From positions 4,057 through 68,056 of the forward strand of contig WGOA01000030.1 of NCBI GenBank assembly GCA_016124275.1: DNA of 64,000 nucleotides. The letters are read 5' to 3'. The DNA comes from Bacteroidota bacterium. GTDB lineage: Bacteria; Bacteroidota; Bacteroidia; Chitinophagales; BACL12. The position numbers and the translations under genes are program-made. Below are positions 37,510-46,600 of this stretch, one piece after another. The notes under the pieces were generated by a model, which was not told the DNA's origin, made no database searches, and was given only the letters and a program-made list of their open reading frames with translations. Every line of letters begins with the position of its first letter. Within the stretch, counting starts at the first letter, position 1.

Positions 37510-37591
37510 GACCCTGATCCTGTCGGTATGTAGCAAGTTTAGGCACTTATAGGAAGTTTATGGGGTTATAGCAACTTTGGATAAACCAGGT

Positions 37592-37599
37592 TAACTTTG
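37592..37599 (+). promoter_or_regulatory. -7 box (TAACTTTG) 13 nt upstream of the ATPase gene
   Basis: Exact TAnnTTTG. It is preceded by related AAGTTTA/CAACTTTG repeats between 37534 and 37580. Confidence 0.4.
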
Positions 37600-37612
37600 C
37601 TATAAACTCCTC

Positions 37613-38809
37613 ATGGATCCTATCCGAAATCCTTTTGCGCCCGGTGCAGGAACACCGCCGCCGGAACTTGCCGGTCGCGATGCGCTTCGGGAAACCGTTC
37701 GCATTGCCGTTGCGCGCACCCGGATAGGCCGGCCAGCAAAGAGCCTGCTTATGGTTGGGCTTCGGGGGGTAGGTAAAACTGTGCTCTTGGACCGCATGCG
37801 GGATGATGCGGAGGCGACAGGTGTGCATACCCTGCGCATTGAAGCTCCCGAAGGGCGGTCTCTGCCCGGTATTTTGTTGCCACAACTTCGCCTGGCGCTT
37901 CTCCGGCTTTCCAGAAATGAGCGTGCAGAGGCCGCGGCCAAACGGGCGTTGCGCGCCCTTGCCGGATTTTTCGGGGCCATCAAGGTGAAATATGGCGATG
38001 TTGAAGTAGGCCTGGACTACGAACCGGAGCGCGGTTTGGCCGACAATGGCGACTTGGACCAAGACCTGCAGGCCTTGTTGGAAGAAGCCGCAAAAGCTGC
38101 CCAGAAGGCTGAAACAGCGTTGGTGTTGTTCGTGGACGAGCTTCAGTATGTGCCGGAAGAAGAGCTCGCCGCATTGATTACTGCGATTCACTTTCTGTCG
38201 CAACGCCAGTTGCCGCTCATGATGGTCGGTGCGGGCTTGCCGCAATTGCGGGGCCAGATGGGCCGGGCAAAGTCTTATGCGGAACGGCTTTTTGACTTCC
38301 CGGAGCTGACCTCTTTGGATCGGGAAAATGCCGCATTGGCCATCCGCAAGCCGCTGGAAGAGGAGGGTGTGGCCATTGAACCGGAAGCTTTGGAGGACCT
38401 GTTAAGGCAAACGCAGGGCTATCCCTATTTTTTACAGGAATGGGGAAAACACACCTGGGAGGTGGCGGAAAAAAGCCCCATCACCAAGGCAGATACGGAA
38501 CACGCTACCGTTTTGGCCCTCGCTGCCCTGGATGCCAGTTTCTTTCGCGTCCGGTTGGATCGGCTTACGCCTGCGGAGGTAGAATACCTATGGGTCATGG
38601 CGGTACTCGGCCCAGGTCCTCATCGCTCTGGCGATATTGCCGAAAAGCACCAACGCGCTGTTCAAAGCCTTGCACCCATTCGACATAATTTGATTAGAAA
38701 AGGCATGATCTACAGCCCCACCTATGGAGATACGGCCTTTACCGTGCCGCTTTTTGATGCGTACATGCGGCGCGTGATGCCGGACAGGCCAATTCCAAAG
38801 GAAGCCTGA
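37613..38809 (+). CDS. stand-alone AAA/ORC-Cdc6-like ATPase with a C-terminal winged-helix-like region
   Basis: 'PFAPGAGTPPPELAGRD' entry motif, Walker A 'MVGLRGVGKT', Walker B 'LVLFVDELQY', 'GYPYFLQEWG', and a helical/wHTH-like tail. This resembles the 'archaeal-type ATPase' (COG1672-like) family. Confidence 0.65.
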   Translation: MDPIRNPFAPGAGTPPPELAGRDALRETVRIAVARTRIGRPAKSLLMVGLRGVGKTVLLDRMRDDAEATGVHTLRIEAPEGRSLPGILLPQLRLALLRLSRNERAEAAAKRALRALAGFFGAIKVKYGDVEVGLDYEPERGLADNGDLDQDLQALLEEAAKAAQKAETALVLFVDELQYVPEEELAALITAIHFLSQRQLPLMMVGAGLPQLRGQMGRAKSYAERLFDFPELTSLDRENAALAIRKPLEEEGVAIEPEALEDLLRQTQGYPYFLQEWGKHTWEVAEKSPITKADTEHATVLALAALDASFFRVRLDRLTPAEVEYLWVMAVLGPGPHRSGDIAEKHQRAVQSLAPIRHNLIRKGMIYSPTYGDTAFTVPLFDAYMRRVMPDRPIPKEA

Positions 38810-38847
38810 ACGTCCTTTAATTACTGGAAACCAACACCGAATAGGGC

Positions 38848-38855
38848 TACCTTTG
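38848..38855 (+). promoter_or_regulatory. -7 box (TACCTTTG) ending 7 nt before the ADI-like ATG, implying a near-leaderless transcript
   Basis: Exact TAnnTTTG. ATG at 38863. Confidence 0.4.
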
Positions 38856-38862
38856 CAGCGCT

Positions 38863-40404
38863 ATGGAAGCGCCCAAAATGTTTGTGGATTCCGAGATCGC
38901 CGATCTGGAATGTTTGCTCGTGCACCGCCCCGACAAGGGCATTGGCCGGATCACGCCGGAGAAACTCGAAGACTGGCTGTACGATGATACGGTGTACCTG
39001 ACCCGTATGCAGGATGAGTACGACGTTTACCTGAAAATCCTGTTGTGGTTTTTGGATCCGGACCGGGCCCGGCAGGCCATTGGCAAGGACACGTCGGAGT
39101 TGTTTCGCCCGGACAGCGCCCAATACATTGCCTCGCCTTTTGTGCGCGACGTGCAGCAGGAACTGGCCGATGTGTTGCGCGAATACCCGGATGCCCGCAA
39201 CCGCCTTGTTGCCGTGGTTTGCGCCCTGGAAAACGTGAGCAGCCGCCTGGAAGACCTGTTGCACGAGCTGAGCCCGCGCGACCTGGCCCGCGTGCTGATC
39301 ACCGGCTTCCTGCCCGACCATCCCGGCGACATTCAAACCGATGATGGCCGCTACATTTTTCCGCCTATTCCCAACCTTGTGTTTACCCGCGACATCGGCA
39401 TCGTGGTCAAAGACCAGTTGTTGCTGAGCAAGACCATGTACAAAGCGCGCCAGCGCGAATCGGTGTTGGCCAAGTTCATCGCGTTCAACCACTTTTTCCG
39501 GCAAAGCCGCGACAAGGTGATGGAGATTACCGAGCCCAGCGACTTTTTCTTGCTGGAAGAAGCCGAGCAGAAACGACGCGTCATTTCCATCGAGGGCGGC
39601 GACATCATGATGATCAGCCAGCGGCACATGCTGGTGGGTTGCAGCGAGCGCACCACACCCGAAGCCGGCGTGGAGATCATGCAAGAGCTCTTTCGCCGCA
39701 GCATCGGGGTGGAGCAGGTGAGCATCGTCAAGATTCCGCCGAACCGCGCGCAGATGCACATTGACACCATTTTCACGCAAGTTCGAAAGGACACCTGGGC
39801 GCTCTACGGCGAGTTCTCGCAGGAGCTGTGGGAAGAGGAGATCCAGCGCCGACAAGCCTACAGCATGATCGCCGACGATCCGGGTTACCTCGGCCCGCCG
39901 GTCAAGATTTACACGTTCCACCGCCGCAAATTTGGCAACGCACCCTACGACCCTAAACGCGATTACGGCCTCTACACCGCTGCCGATTACGCCGCACTGG
40001 GTCTGATCATGCCGTTGGGCCTGGATGGCTTGTTGCGCCAAATCAGCGTGCAGGATTTTGGCTGCAAGTTGGAGGACGTCAAGATTTTGTATAGCGGCAA
40101 CAATGAGTTTCCCTATGATGAGCGCGAACAGTGGACCGACGCCTGCAACTACCTGGCAGTCCGCGAGGGCGTCGTGATTGGCTACGATCGCAACGAGCGA
40201 ACCGCACAGGCTTTCCGCAATGCGGGGTTTGAGGTGGTCAAAGCCATTGACCTGATCCGCGATTTTGAAGAGGGCCGCCGCAAACCGGAAGATGTGCGCG
40301 ATACGCTTATTGAGCTGCCTTCGTCCGAGCTTTCCCGCGCTCGGGGCGGTTCACATTGCATGTCGATGCCCCTCCGCCGCAAACCCTGGAAGGGGTACTC
40401 CTAA
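38863..40404 (+). CDS. arginine deiminase-family (guanidino-group modifying) enzyme, long form
   Basis: N-terminus 'VDSEIADLECLLVHRPD...YDDTVYL' and C-terminus 'ELSRARGGSHCMSMPLRR' (catalytic Cys) match the ADI pattern. At about 513 aa it is roughly 100 aa longer than classical ArcA. Confidence 0.7.
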   Translation: MEAPKMFVDSEIADLECLLVHRPDKGIGRITPEKLEDWLYDDTVYLTRMQDEYDVYLKILLWFLDPDRARQAIGKDTSELFRPDSAQYIASPFVRDVQQELADVLREYPDARNRLVAVVCALENVSSRLEDLLHELSPRDLARVLITGFLPDHPGDIQTDDGRYIFPPIPNLVFTRDIGIVVKDQLLLSKTMYKARQRESVLAKFIAFNHFFRQSRDKVMEITEPSDFFLLEEAEQKRRVISIEGGDIMMISQRHMLVGCSERTTPEAGVEIMQELFRRSIGVEQVSIVKIPPNRAQMHIDTIFTQVRKDTWALYGEFSQELWEEEIQRRQAYSMIADDPGYLGPPVKIYTFHRRKFGNAPYDPKRDYGLYTAADYAALGLIMPLGLDGLLRQISVQDFGCKLEDVKILYSGNNEFPYDEREQWTDACNYLAVREGVVIGYDRNERTAQAFRNAGFEVVKAIDLIRDFEEGRRKPEDVRDTLIELPSSELSRARGGSHCMSMPLRRKPWKGYS

Positions 40405-40423
40405 AAAGCCCATATGCTGCGTT

Positions 40424-41350
40424 ATGCCTAAACAGGTTACTGACACCCTGCTGATGATCCGGCCCGTGCGTTTTGGGTACAACCCGCAGACCGCCGGCAA
40501 CAATTCGTTCCAAAACGCAGAGGGCTCAGAAAACGAGCAGGCTATTCAGGCTGCCGCCTTGGTCGAGTTTGATGCGTTTGTTCAAAAACTGCGCGCTGTG
40601 GGCGTGCGCGTTCTGGTGTTCTCTGACCGCGTGGACGCACCGCAGCCCGATTCCATCTTTCCCAACAATTGGCTGAGCACGCACGACAACGGATTGGCGG
40701 TGCTGTACCCGATGTATGCCCCCAACCGCCGCGCCGAACGCCGCCTGGATTTGGTGCAAGCGTTGACTGCTGAGCATGGACTGGAGGTGCGGATGATCGT
40801 TGACCTGAGCGCCAACGAAATGCACGGCCGCTTTCTGGAAGGAACTGGTTCCATGATCATTGACCGCGAAGTGCGCGCTATTTACGCCTGCCTTTCGCCG
40901 CGCACGGATGCGTTGCTGTTGGAAGAATACGCCCAAACTTTTGGCTACCAATTACACACCTTCGACGCCTTTGACCAGCACGGCCAGCCCATTTACCACA
41001 CCAATGTGGTGATGCACCTGGGCTCCCGCTTGGCCGTCATCTGCCTGGAAGCGCTGCCGGTTGAACAGCGCGCCGGCATACGGCACGCCCTTGACCTGGC
41101 CGGCAAGCAGGTGCTGGAAATCTCGCTGGACCAGATGAACCATTTCGCCGGCAACATGTTGGAAGTGCGCAGCGCCGGCGGCCAGCACTACACGGTGATG
41201 TCGCAGCAGGCGCTGGATTCGTTGGGGGGCGAGCAGCGCGCCCTAATCGAGCGCCACACCCCGATTATTGCCAGTTCGCTGGATACGATTGAGCGGTTTG
41301 GGGGGGGAAGTGCCCGGTGCATGATGGCGGAGGTTTTTTTGGGGGGATGA
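40424..41350 (+). CDS. amidinotransferase-fold hydrolase, CtlX/citrulline-utilisation-like
   Basis: 'LLMIRPVRFGYNPQTAGNNSFQ', 'SIFPNNW', and C-terminal 'GGGSARCMMAEVF' (catalytic Cys). Start at ATG 40424, 20 nt after the ADI-like stop. The sub-family assignment is tentative. Confidence 0.55.
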   Translation: MPKQVTDTLLMIRPVRFGYNPQTAGNNSFQNAEGSENEQAIQAAALVEFDAFVQKLRAVGVRVLVFSDRVDAPQPDSIFPNNWLSTHDNGLAVLYPMYAPNRRAERRLDLVQALTAEHGLEVRMIVDLSANEMHGRFLEGTGSMIIDREVRAIYACLSPRTDALLLEEYAQTFGYQLHTFDAFDQHGQPIYHTNVVMHLGSRLAVICLEALPVEQRAGIRHALDLAGKQVLEISLDQMNHFAGNMLEVRSAGGQHYTVMSQQALDSLGGEQRALIERHTPIIASSLDTIERFGGGSARCMMAEVFLGG

Positions 41351-41425
41351 GTGTTATGTTTTGTATCATATAGGACAGGACAAAGCTGACCAAGCTGCTA
41401 TAGGATATAAGAGGATTGTTTTTCG

Positions 41426-41454
41426 TAGTTTTGTAGTCAGGCTTAACCTGACTA
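41426..41454 (+). promoter_or_regulatory. abiEi promoter -7 box (TAGTTTTG) abutting a perfect palindrome TAGTCAGG-cttaa-CCTGACTA
   Basis: -7 box at 41426-41433. 8-bp inverted arms at 41434-41441 and 41447-41454. The abiEi ATG is at 41462. Confidence 0.45.
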
Positions 41455-41461
41455 AGGCGCT

Positions 41462-42283
41462 ATGAAGGGTAAATACATCTCAACAGTTTCCAATCAGTTG
41501 CTATCCTATTTTCATAACTCCGGTAAAGACTGTTTTAACTTTTCTGAAGCGGCTAATGCACTACCCAACTCTAGTGAGAGTGCCTTAAAGGAGTTACTTA
41601 GCGATATGGCTAAGAGAGGGCTTTTGATGAGAATAAAAAGGGGTCTATATTGTGTAATTCCATATGAAAAAGATCCAACGTCTTACTTGCCCGATTGGCA
41701 TTTGCTCGCTGAACATTTGACGCTGGGAACGGAACACTACATTGGATACTACTCAGCATTACAAATCCATGATCTGATTACGCAACCTTCGTTAAAGGAG
41801 CAAATCGTAGTTGCAAAGCAAATCCGTCCTTCCACTCAAAAAGTTAAAAACATTACGTTTCAGTTCATATTTCACAATGAGAAGCATTTTTTTGGGTATG
41901 AGAAAGTATGGATTGACAACTTTAGTAAAGTAAATTGTTCAGACCTTGAAAAAACATTTATAGATTGTTTATATGTGCCTGAGAATGCAGGTGGTATTGT
42001 TGAAATTGCCCAGGCAATTTATAACTCAAGAAATAAAATAAACTATGAAAAGCTGATGAAGTATATTAATCAGTTCAATTCACAAGCTGTAATTAAACGC
42101 TTGGGTTTTCTCCTTGAGACTCTTGGTATTGAAAATGAATTCTTGAAGGAACTCTGCATGAGAAGGACTTCCTCCTACGTGCTTTTAGATACTGAGCTTC
42201 CACGAACCGGCAGAATGATCAGCCGCTGGAGCATTCAACAGAATTTGGAAACCGAGACAATTAAATCTGCTATCAACACATGA
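41462..42283 (+). CDS. abiEi: AbiEi-family (type IV TA) antitoxin/transcriptional regulator
   Basis: N-terminal wHTH ('FNFSEAANALPNSSESALKELLSDMAKRGLLMRIKRGLYCVIP'), then 'HYIGYYSALQIHDLITQP', typical of COG5340/AbiEi. Its stop overlaps the downstream ATG (ATGA). Confidence 0.7.
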   Translation: MKGKYISTVSNQLLSYFHNSGKDCFNFSEAANALPNSSESALKELLSDMAKRGLLMRIKRGLYCVIPYEKDPTSYLPDWHLLAEHLTLGTEHYIGYYSALQIHDLITQPSLKEQIVVAKQIRPSTQKVKNITFQFIFHNEKHFFGYEKVWIDNFSKVNCSDLEKTFIDCLYVPENAGGIVEIAQAIYNSRNKINYEKLMKYINQFNSQAVIKRLGFLLETLGIENEFLKELCMRRTSSYVLLDTELPRTGRMISRWSIQQNLETETIKSAINT

Positions 42284-43125
42284 TTAGGCCAGCAGAGATC
42301 CAAAGTAAGGCGAGAGAAGCTGGCGTAAGAGACCAGCAAATAGAGAAGGACTATATTTTATCATGGTTATTGCATGGAGTAAGCCAACATTCATCACTTG
42401 CAGAGGTAATTGTTTTTAAGGGCGGGACCGCATAAAAAAAAATTTATTTTGAAGATTATCGTTTCTCAGAGGATCTTGATTTTACGTTAATTGATAGCAA
42501 AATTTCTCAAGAGCAAGTTGTATTGTGGGTAAATGAAGTTTTTGAATACGTAAGGGAAGCGGCGAGTGTGCCTCTCCAAATTGTTGAATCCGACGACAGT
42601 GCAGACTCACGAAATCCTCAAAAAGTACAGCAAACAGAAGGAGGCGACACCATCAATTTCTACATCCGGTATGTTGGTCCGCTTGGGGGTGACGGGAGAA
42701 ATAAGAAGATAAAAGTAGACATATCAAAAGCAGAAGTTTTGGTCTTTGAATCAATCCAGGCATTCCCCTTTTTGGGATACTCAGATCTGTCACCACACCA
42801 GTTACAATGCTATTCGTTAGAAGAGATTTTGGTTGAAAAGTTGCGCTCGGTGATGCAGCGAATGCAGGCTCGAGATTTATACGATATCTGGTATTTATTG
42901 GAAGTGCATAATATGAATGTGAACGATTTGATTTCGGAGTTTAGAATCAAATGTGAAAGCAAGGGAATCAATCCTCTCAATTTTCACACCAAACTTGAAC
43001 AACGATTGCCGCAGTATAAAGGGCGTTGGGAATCTTCATTAAGTGACCAAATCCATAACCTTCATGACTTTGATCAGGTTGCACGGGAAACAAGGCGGCA
43101 CTTGAGAAGGTTCATGCTTGAATAA
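42280..43125 (+). pseudogene. abiEii: AbiEii/AbiGii (DUF1814) nucleotidyltransferase toxin interrupted by one in-frame TAA (42433..42435)
   Basis: ATG 42280 gives MIRPAEIQSKAREAGVRDQQIEKDYILSWLLHGVSQHSSLAEVIVFKGGTA*. The same frame continues KKIYFEDYRFSEDLDFTL... into track ORF 42523..43125 (which has a TTG start). The stop replaces the Leu of the conserved 'KGGTAL' and separates it from 'SEDLDF'. Confidence 0.75.
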
Positions 43126-43148
43126 TTAATTTAAATTATTTAATGTAA

Positions 43149-43167
43149 ATTCTAACTAGATTAGAAT
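43149..43167. repeat. inverted repeat ATTCTAA-ctaga-TTAGAAT just downstream of abiEii
   Basis: 7-bp arms at 43149-43155 and 43161-43167. 'ATTCTAAT' recurs at 43198-43205. This may be a terminator or an islet-end structure. Confidence 0.35.
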
Positions 43168-43220
43168 CACTGAACCATGATATTATTTAGACTAATTATT
43201 CTAATTTGTAAGCACCTCGT

Positions 43221-43574
43221 TTACCAAACACATTCCTCTTCCTCTTGAGTCTTCCCTCCTCTAGCCCTCGCCCTCTTCCTCTTAGCCTGTTCCGCCTTCG
43301 CCAAAGCAAGTGGACTGATGAGTACGTGCACTTGAAAGGCATCCATGACGTGCAATTGGTCTAATACCCGCAGCACTTGAATCAGTGTTGCTACCGTAAC
43401 CGTCTGGCCTCTTTCCAGCAAACTCAGCGTTGATCGACTGATACCAGCAGCGTGAGCCAGAGCCAGCTGGGTTTTGTTTTGCTGCAATCGGTGGTGCTAA
43501 ACGAAGGCACCGATATGGCGTTCCAAGGCCTGATCGGTATAGGCATGCCAATTTTTGTGTGGTTTATCATGCAT
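43221..43574 (-). pseudogene. y4mF/HipB-like XRE HTH regulator with an in-frame TAG (plus-strand cta 43497..43499)
   Basis: From ATG 43574: MHDKPHKNWHAYTDQALERHIGAFV*HHRLQQNKTQLALAHAAGISRSTLSLLERGQTVTVATLIQVLRVLDQL... The stop sits just before the HTH. The track ORF (43221..43487) begins only at a TTG. No hipA-like partner is present. Confidence 0.6.
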
Positions 43575-43677
43575 TAAGTCCAAGTTACGCACTTTATGCA
43601 TGACTTATCATGCAGCTCTGAAGACGTTTTTTCAACAACTGCATCCCCCGCCCCCCCAACGCAAGCCCATTCCCCTG

Positions 43678-43685
43678 TATCTTTG
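43678..43685 (+). promoter_or_regulatory. -7 box (TATCTTTG) ending 8 nt before the mfd ATG
   Basis: Exact TAnnTTTG. ATG at 43694. Confidence 0.4.
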
Positions 43686-43693
43686 CCGCTCGG

Positions 43694-46600
43694 ATGGACA
43701 AGCCCACCCTGCTGGATCGCTACCGAGGCGATGCACGGATTCAGCAAGCGATTTCACACCTGCAGGACACCCCCCCCGCGCGGCTGCACCTGGAGGGATT
43801 GGTGGGCTCGGCCGCGGCGGTGATTGCGGCTGCGCTGTACAAGGAGCAGAAGGGTACGCACTGCTTTGTGCTGCACGACAAGGAGGAGGCCGCGTATTTC
43901 CTCAACGACTTGCAAAGCCTTCTGGAGCGCAAGGATGTGCTGTTTATTCCGGATTCGTTTAAGCAGCCCGGGCGCTTTGATGAGGTCAACGCCAACAATG
44001 TGTTGTTGCGCACCGAGGCCGTGAACCGGCTGGCCAATTCCAGTACGCGCGGGGAGCTGATTGTTACTTATCCGGAGGCGCTGTTTGAGCGCATTGTGAG
44101 TCCGGCGTCGCTGCAGCACCGCACGTTGTACATTACTAAAGGTGAAAAGCTGGATACCGCTTTTCTGATGGATGTGCTGGTGGAAAGCGGTTTTCACCCG
44201 GTTGACTTTGTGTACGAGCCGGGGCAGTTCAGTATACGCGGGGGCATCATTGACGTGTTCAGTTTCGGCAACGAGCTGCCCTACCGCGTGGAGTTGTTCG
44301 GCGATATGGTGGATTCCATCCGCGTCTTTGAGCCGGAGAGCCAGCTTTCCACTAAAAACATTGCACAGGTTACGATTGTGCCGAACATCCAAACGGAGTT
44401 TGACCAGGAGCGCAAACAGGATCTCTTAAAAAGTTTGCCGAAGGGGTCGGTGGTGTGGTTGAGCGACGCGCGGCACCTCATTGAGGTGTTAGGGGTTTGT
44501 GCGGAAAAGGCCAACGCCATGGCCACGGCGCTGAAAAGTCATAAAACCCAGGACGATCAGCACCTGTTGGTTCGCTATTCGTTTGAACAATTGTTCACCA
44601 CGCAGCCGGAAGTTCTGGATGACTTGACGTCGCTGCCGGTGGTAGAAACAGGTTCAGAAGCCCGCATGCCGGGCGCCGTTCGCATCGAATTCGGGACGCG
44701 GCCGCAGCCCTCGTTCAACAAGAATTTCGACCTGCTGATTGCCGATTTAAAGCGCAACAGCAATGAGGGCCTCGATAACTATTTGTATTGTTCCAACCCA
44801 CGGCAGATTGAGCGTTTCCGGCAGATTTTTGCCGACCTGCAGACGCGGGGTAGCGGCACGCTTAATGCCGCAAACAAAGCCGCCAACAACGGTGCGGAGC
44901 CGCCGGAGTACCAGCCCGTTTCGGCGTCGCTGGCTAATGGGTTTATTGACTCGGCGGCGCGGCTGGCGGCCTACACGGACCACCAGGTTTTTGAGCGCTA
45001 CCACAAATACAGCATCAAGCGGGGCTACTCGCGCTCGGAGGCGCTGACGCTTCGAGCCATCCGAGACCTGGTGCCTGGCGATTTCGTGACGCACATCGAC
45101 CACGGGGTGGGCACCTATTCGGGGCTCGAAAAAATTGAGGTCAACGGGCAAGTGCAGGAGGCGGTTCGCCTGGTGTACCGCGACAACGACCTGCTGTACG
45201 TGCCGATCAACGCGCTGCACAAGATCGCCAAGCACGTGGGCAAGGAAGGGGAGCCGCCCAAAGTGAACAAGCTGGGCACGGATGCCTGGGAGAACCTGAA
45301 ACGCCGCACGCGCAGCAAAGTCAAAGACATTGCGCGCGACCTGATTCAATTGTACGCCAAACGAAAAGCGGCCAAGGGCTTCGCCTTTTCACCCGACACC
45401 TACATGCAAACGGAGTTGGAGGCGTCGTTCTTTTACGAAGACACGCCCGACCAGGAAAAATCGACAGCCGATATCAAGCGCGACATGGAGTCGCCCAGCC
45501 CGATGGACCGCCTGGTTTGCGGCGATGTGGGCTTCGGCAAAACGGAGATCGCCATTCGCGCTGCATTCAAAGCAGTGGCCGACAATAAGCAGGTGGCAGT
45601 GTTGGTGCCTACCACCATACTTGCGCTGCAGCACTACAAGACCTTTTCGGAGCGGCTCAAGGATTTTCCCTGCCGCGTGGAATACATCAACCGCTTCAAA
45701 AGCGCCAAGGAGAAAAAGGACACCCTGGACAACCTGGCTGCCGGAAAAGTGGACATCCTCATCGGCACGCATGCCATCGTGGGCAAGCAGGTCAAGTTCA
45801 AGAACCTGGGCCTGATGATCATTGATGAAGAGCAGAAATTTGGCGTCACCATCAAAGAGCGCCTCAAGGAACTCAAGGCCAACATCGATACGCTGACCCT
45901 GACCGCAACGCCCATTCCCCGGACGCTAAAATTCAGTTTGATGGGCGCGCGCGACCTGAGCATCATCAACACCGCGCCACCAAACCGTCAGCCCATTCAC
46001 ACCGAGCTCAAGGTTTTTGATCCCGACCTGATCCGCGAGGCCATTCAATACGAAGTCTATCGCGGTGGCCAAGTGTTTTTTGTGCACAATCGCGTAAAAG
46101 ACATCGAAGAAGTGTCCGCGATGATCCGGCAGCTCTGCCCGGACATGGACATCGGCGTGGCGCATGGTCAGCTCGAAGGGCATGTGCTGGAGGAGCGAAT
46201 GCTCAAGTTCATCAACCGGCAGTACGACATTTTGGTGTGTACCAACATTGTGGAAAGCGGCTTGGACATTCCCAACGCCAACACCATCATCATTCACCAC
46301 GCGCAGAATTTTGGCCTGAGCGACCTGCACCAATTGCGCGGGCGCGTGGGCCGCAGCAACAAAAAGGCGTTCTGTTACTTGTTTGCACCGCCCACGCACA
46401 TGCTCAGCAGCGATGCGCGCAAGCGCCTGAAGACGATCGAAGAGTTCGCGTCGCTGGGCAGCGGTTTCCAGATAGCCATGCGCGACATGGACATTCGCGG
46501 TGCGGGCAACCTGCTCGGCGGCGAACAGAGCGGGTTCCTGGCCGAAATTGGCTTTGAGATGTACCACAAAATCCTGGACGAGGCCATCGCCGAACTCAAG

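Larger units (their letters stand above)
41351..43220. other. AT-rich accessory islet 2 (AbiE module)
   Basis: A sharp drop in GC immediately after the stop at 41350. Host-like composition resumes near 43220. Confidence 0.6.

Noticed and set aside
38821-40041. 406-aa ORF antisense to the arginine-deiminase-like gene
   Set aside because: A shadow ORF. The plus-strand frame carries the conserved ADI N- and C-terminal motifs. The antisense product is low-complexity (A/G/R/V/H-rich).
42433-43499. Possibility that the in-frame TAA (abiEii) and TAG (HTH gene) reflect stop-codon reassignment or a recoded genome
   Set aside because: TAA, TAG and TGA all terminate conserved genes at the expected positions throughout the window. 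Examples are rpmH with TAA, the second peroxidase with TAG, and many genes with TGA. The two internal stops are therefore best read as ordinary nonsense mutations or sequence errors.
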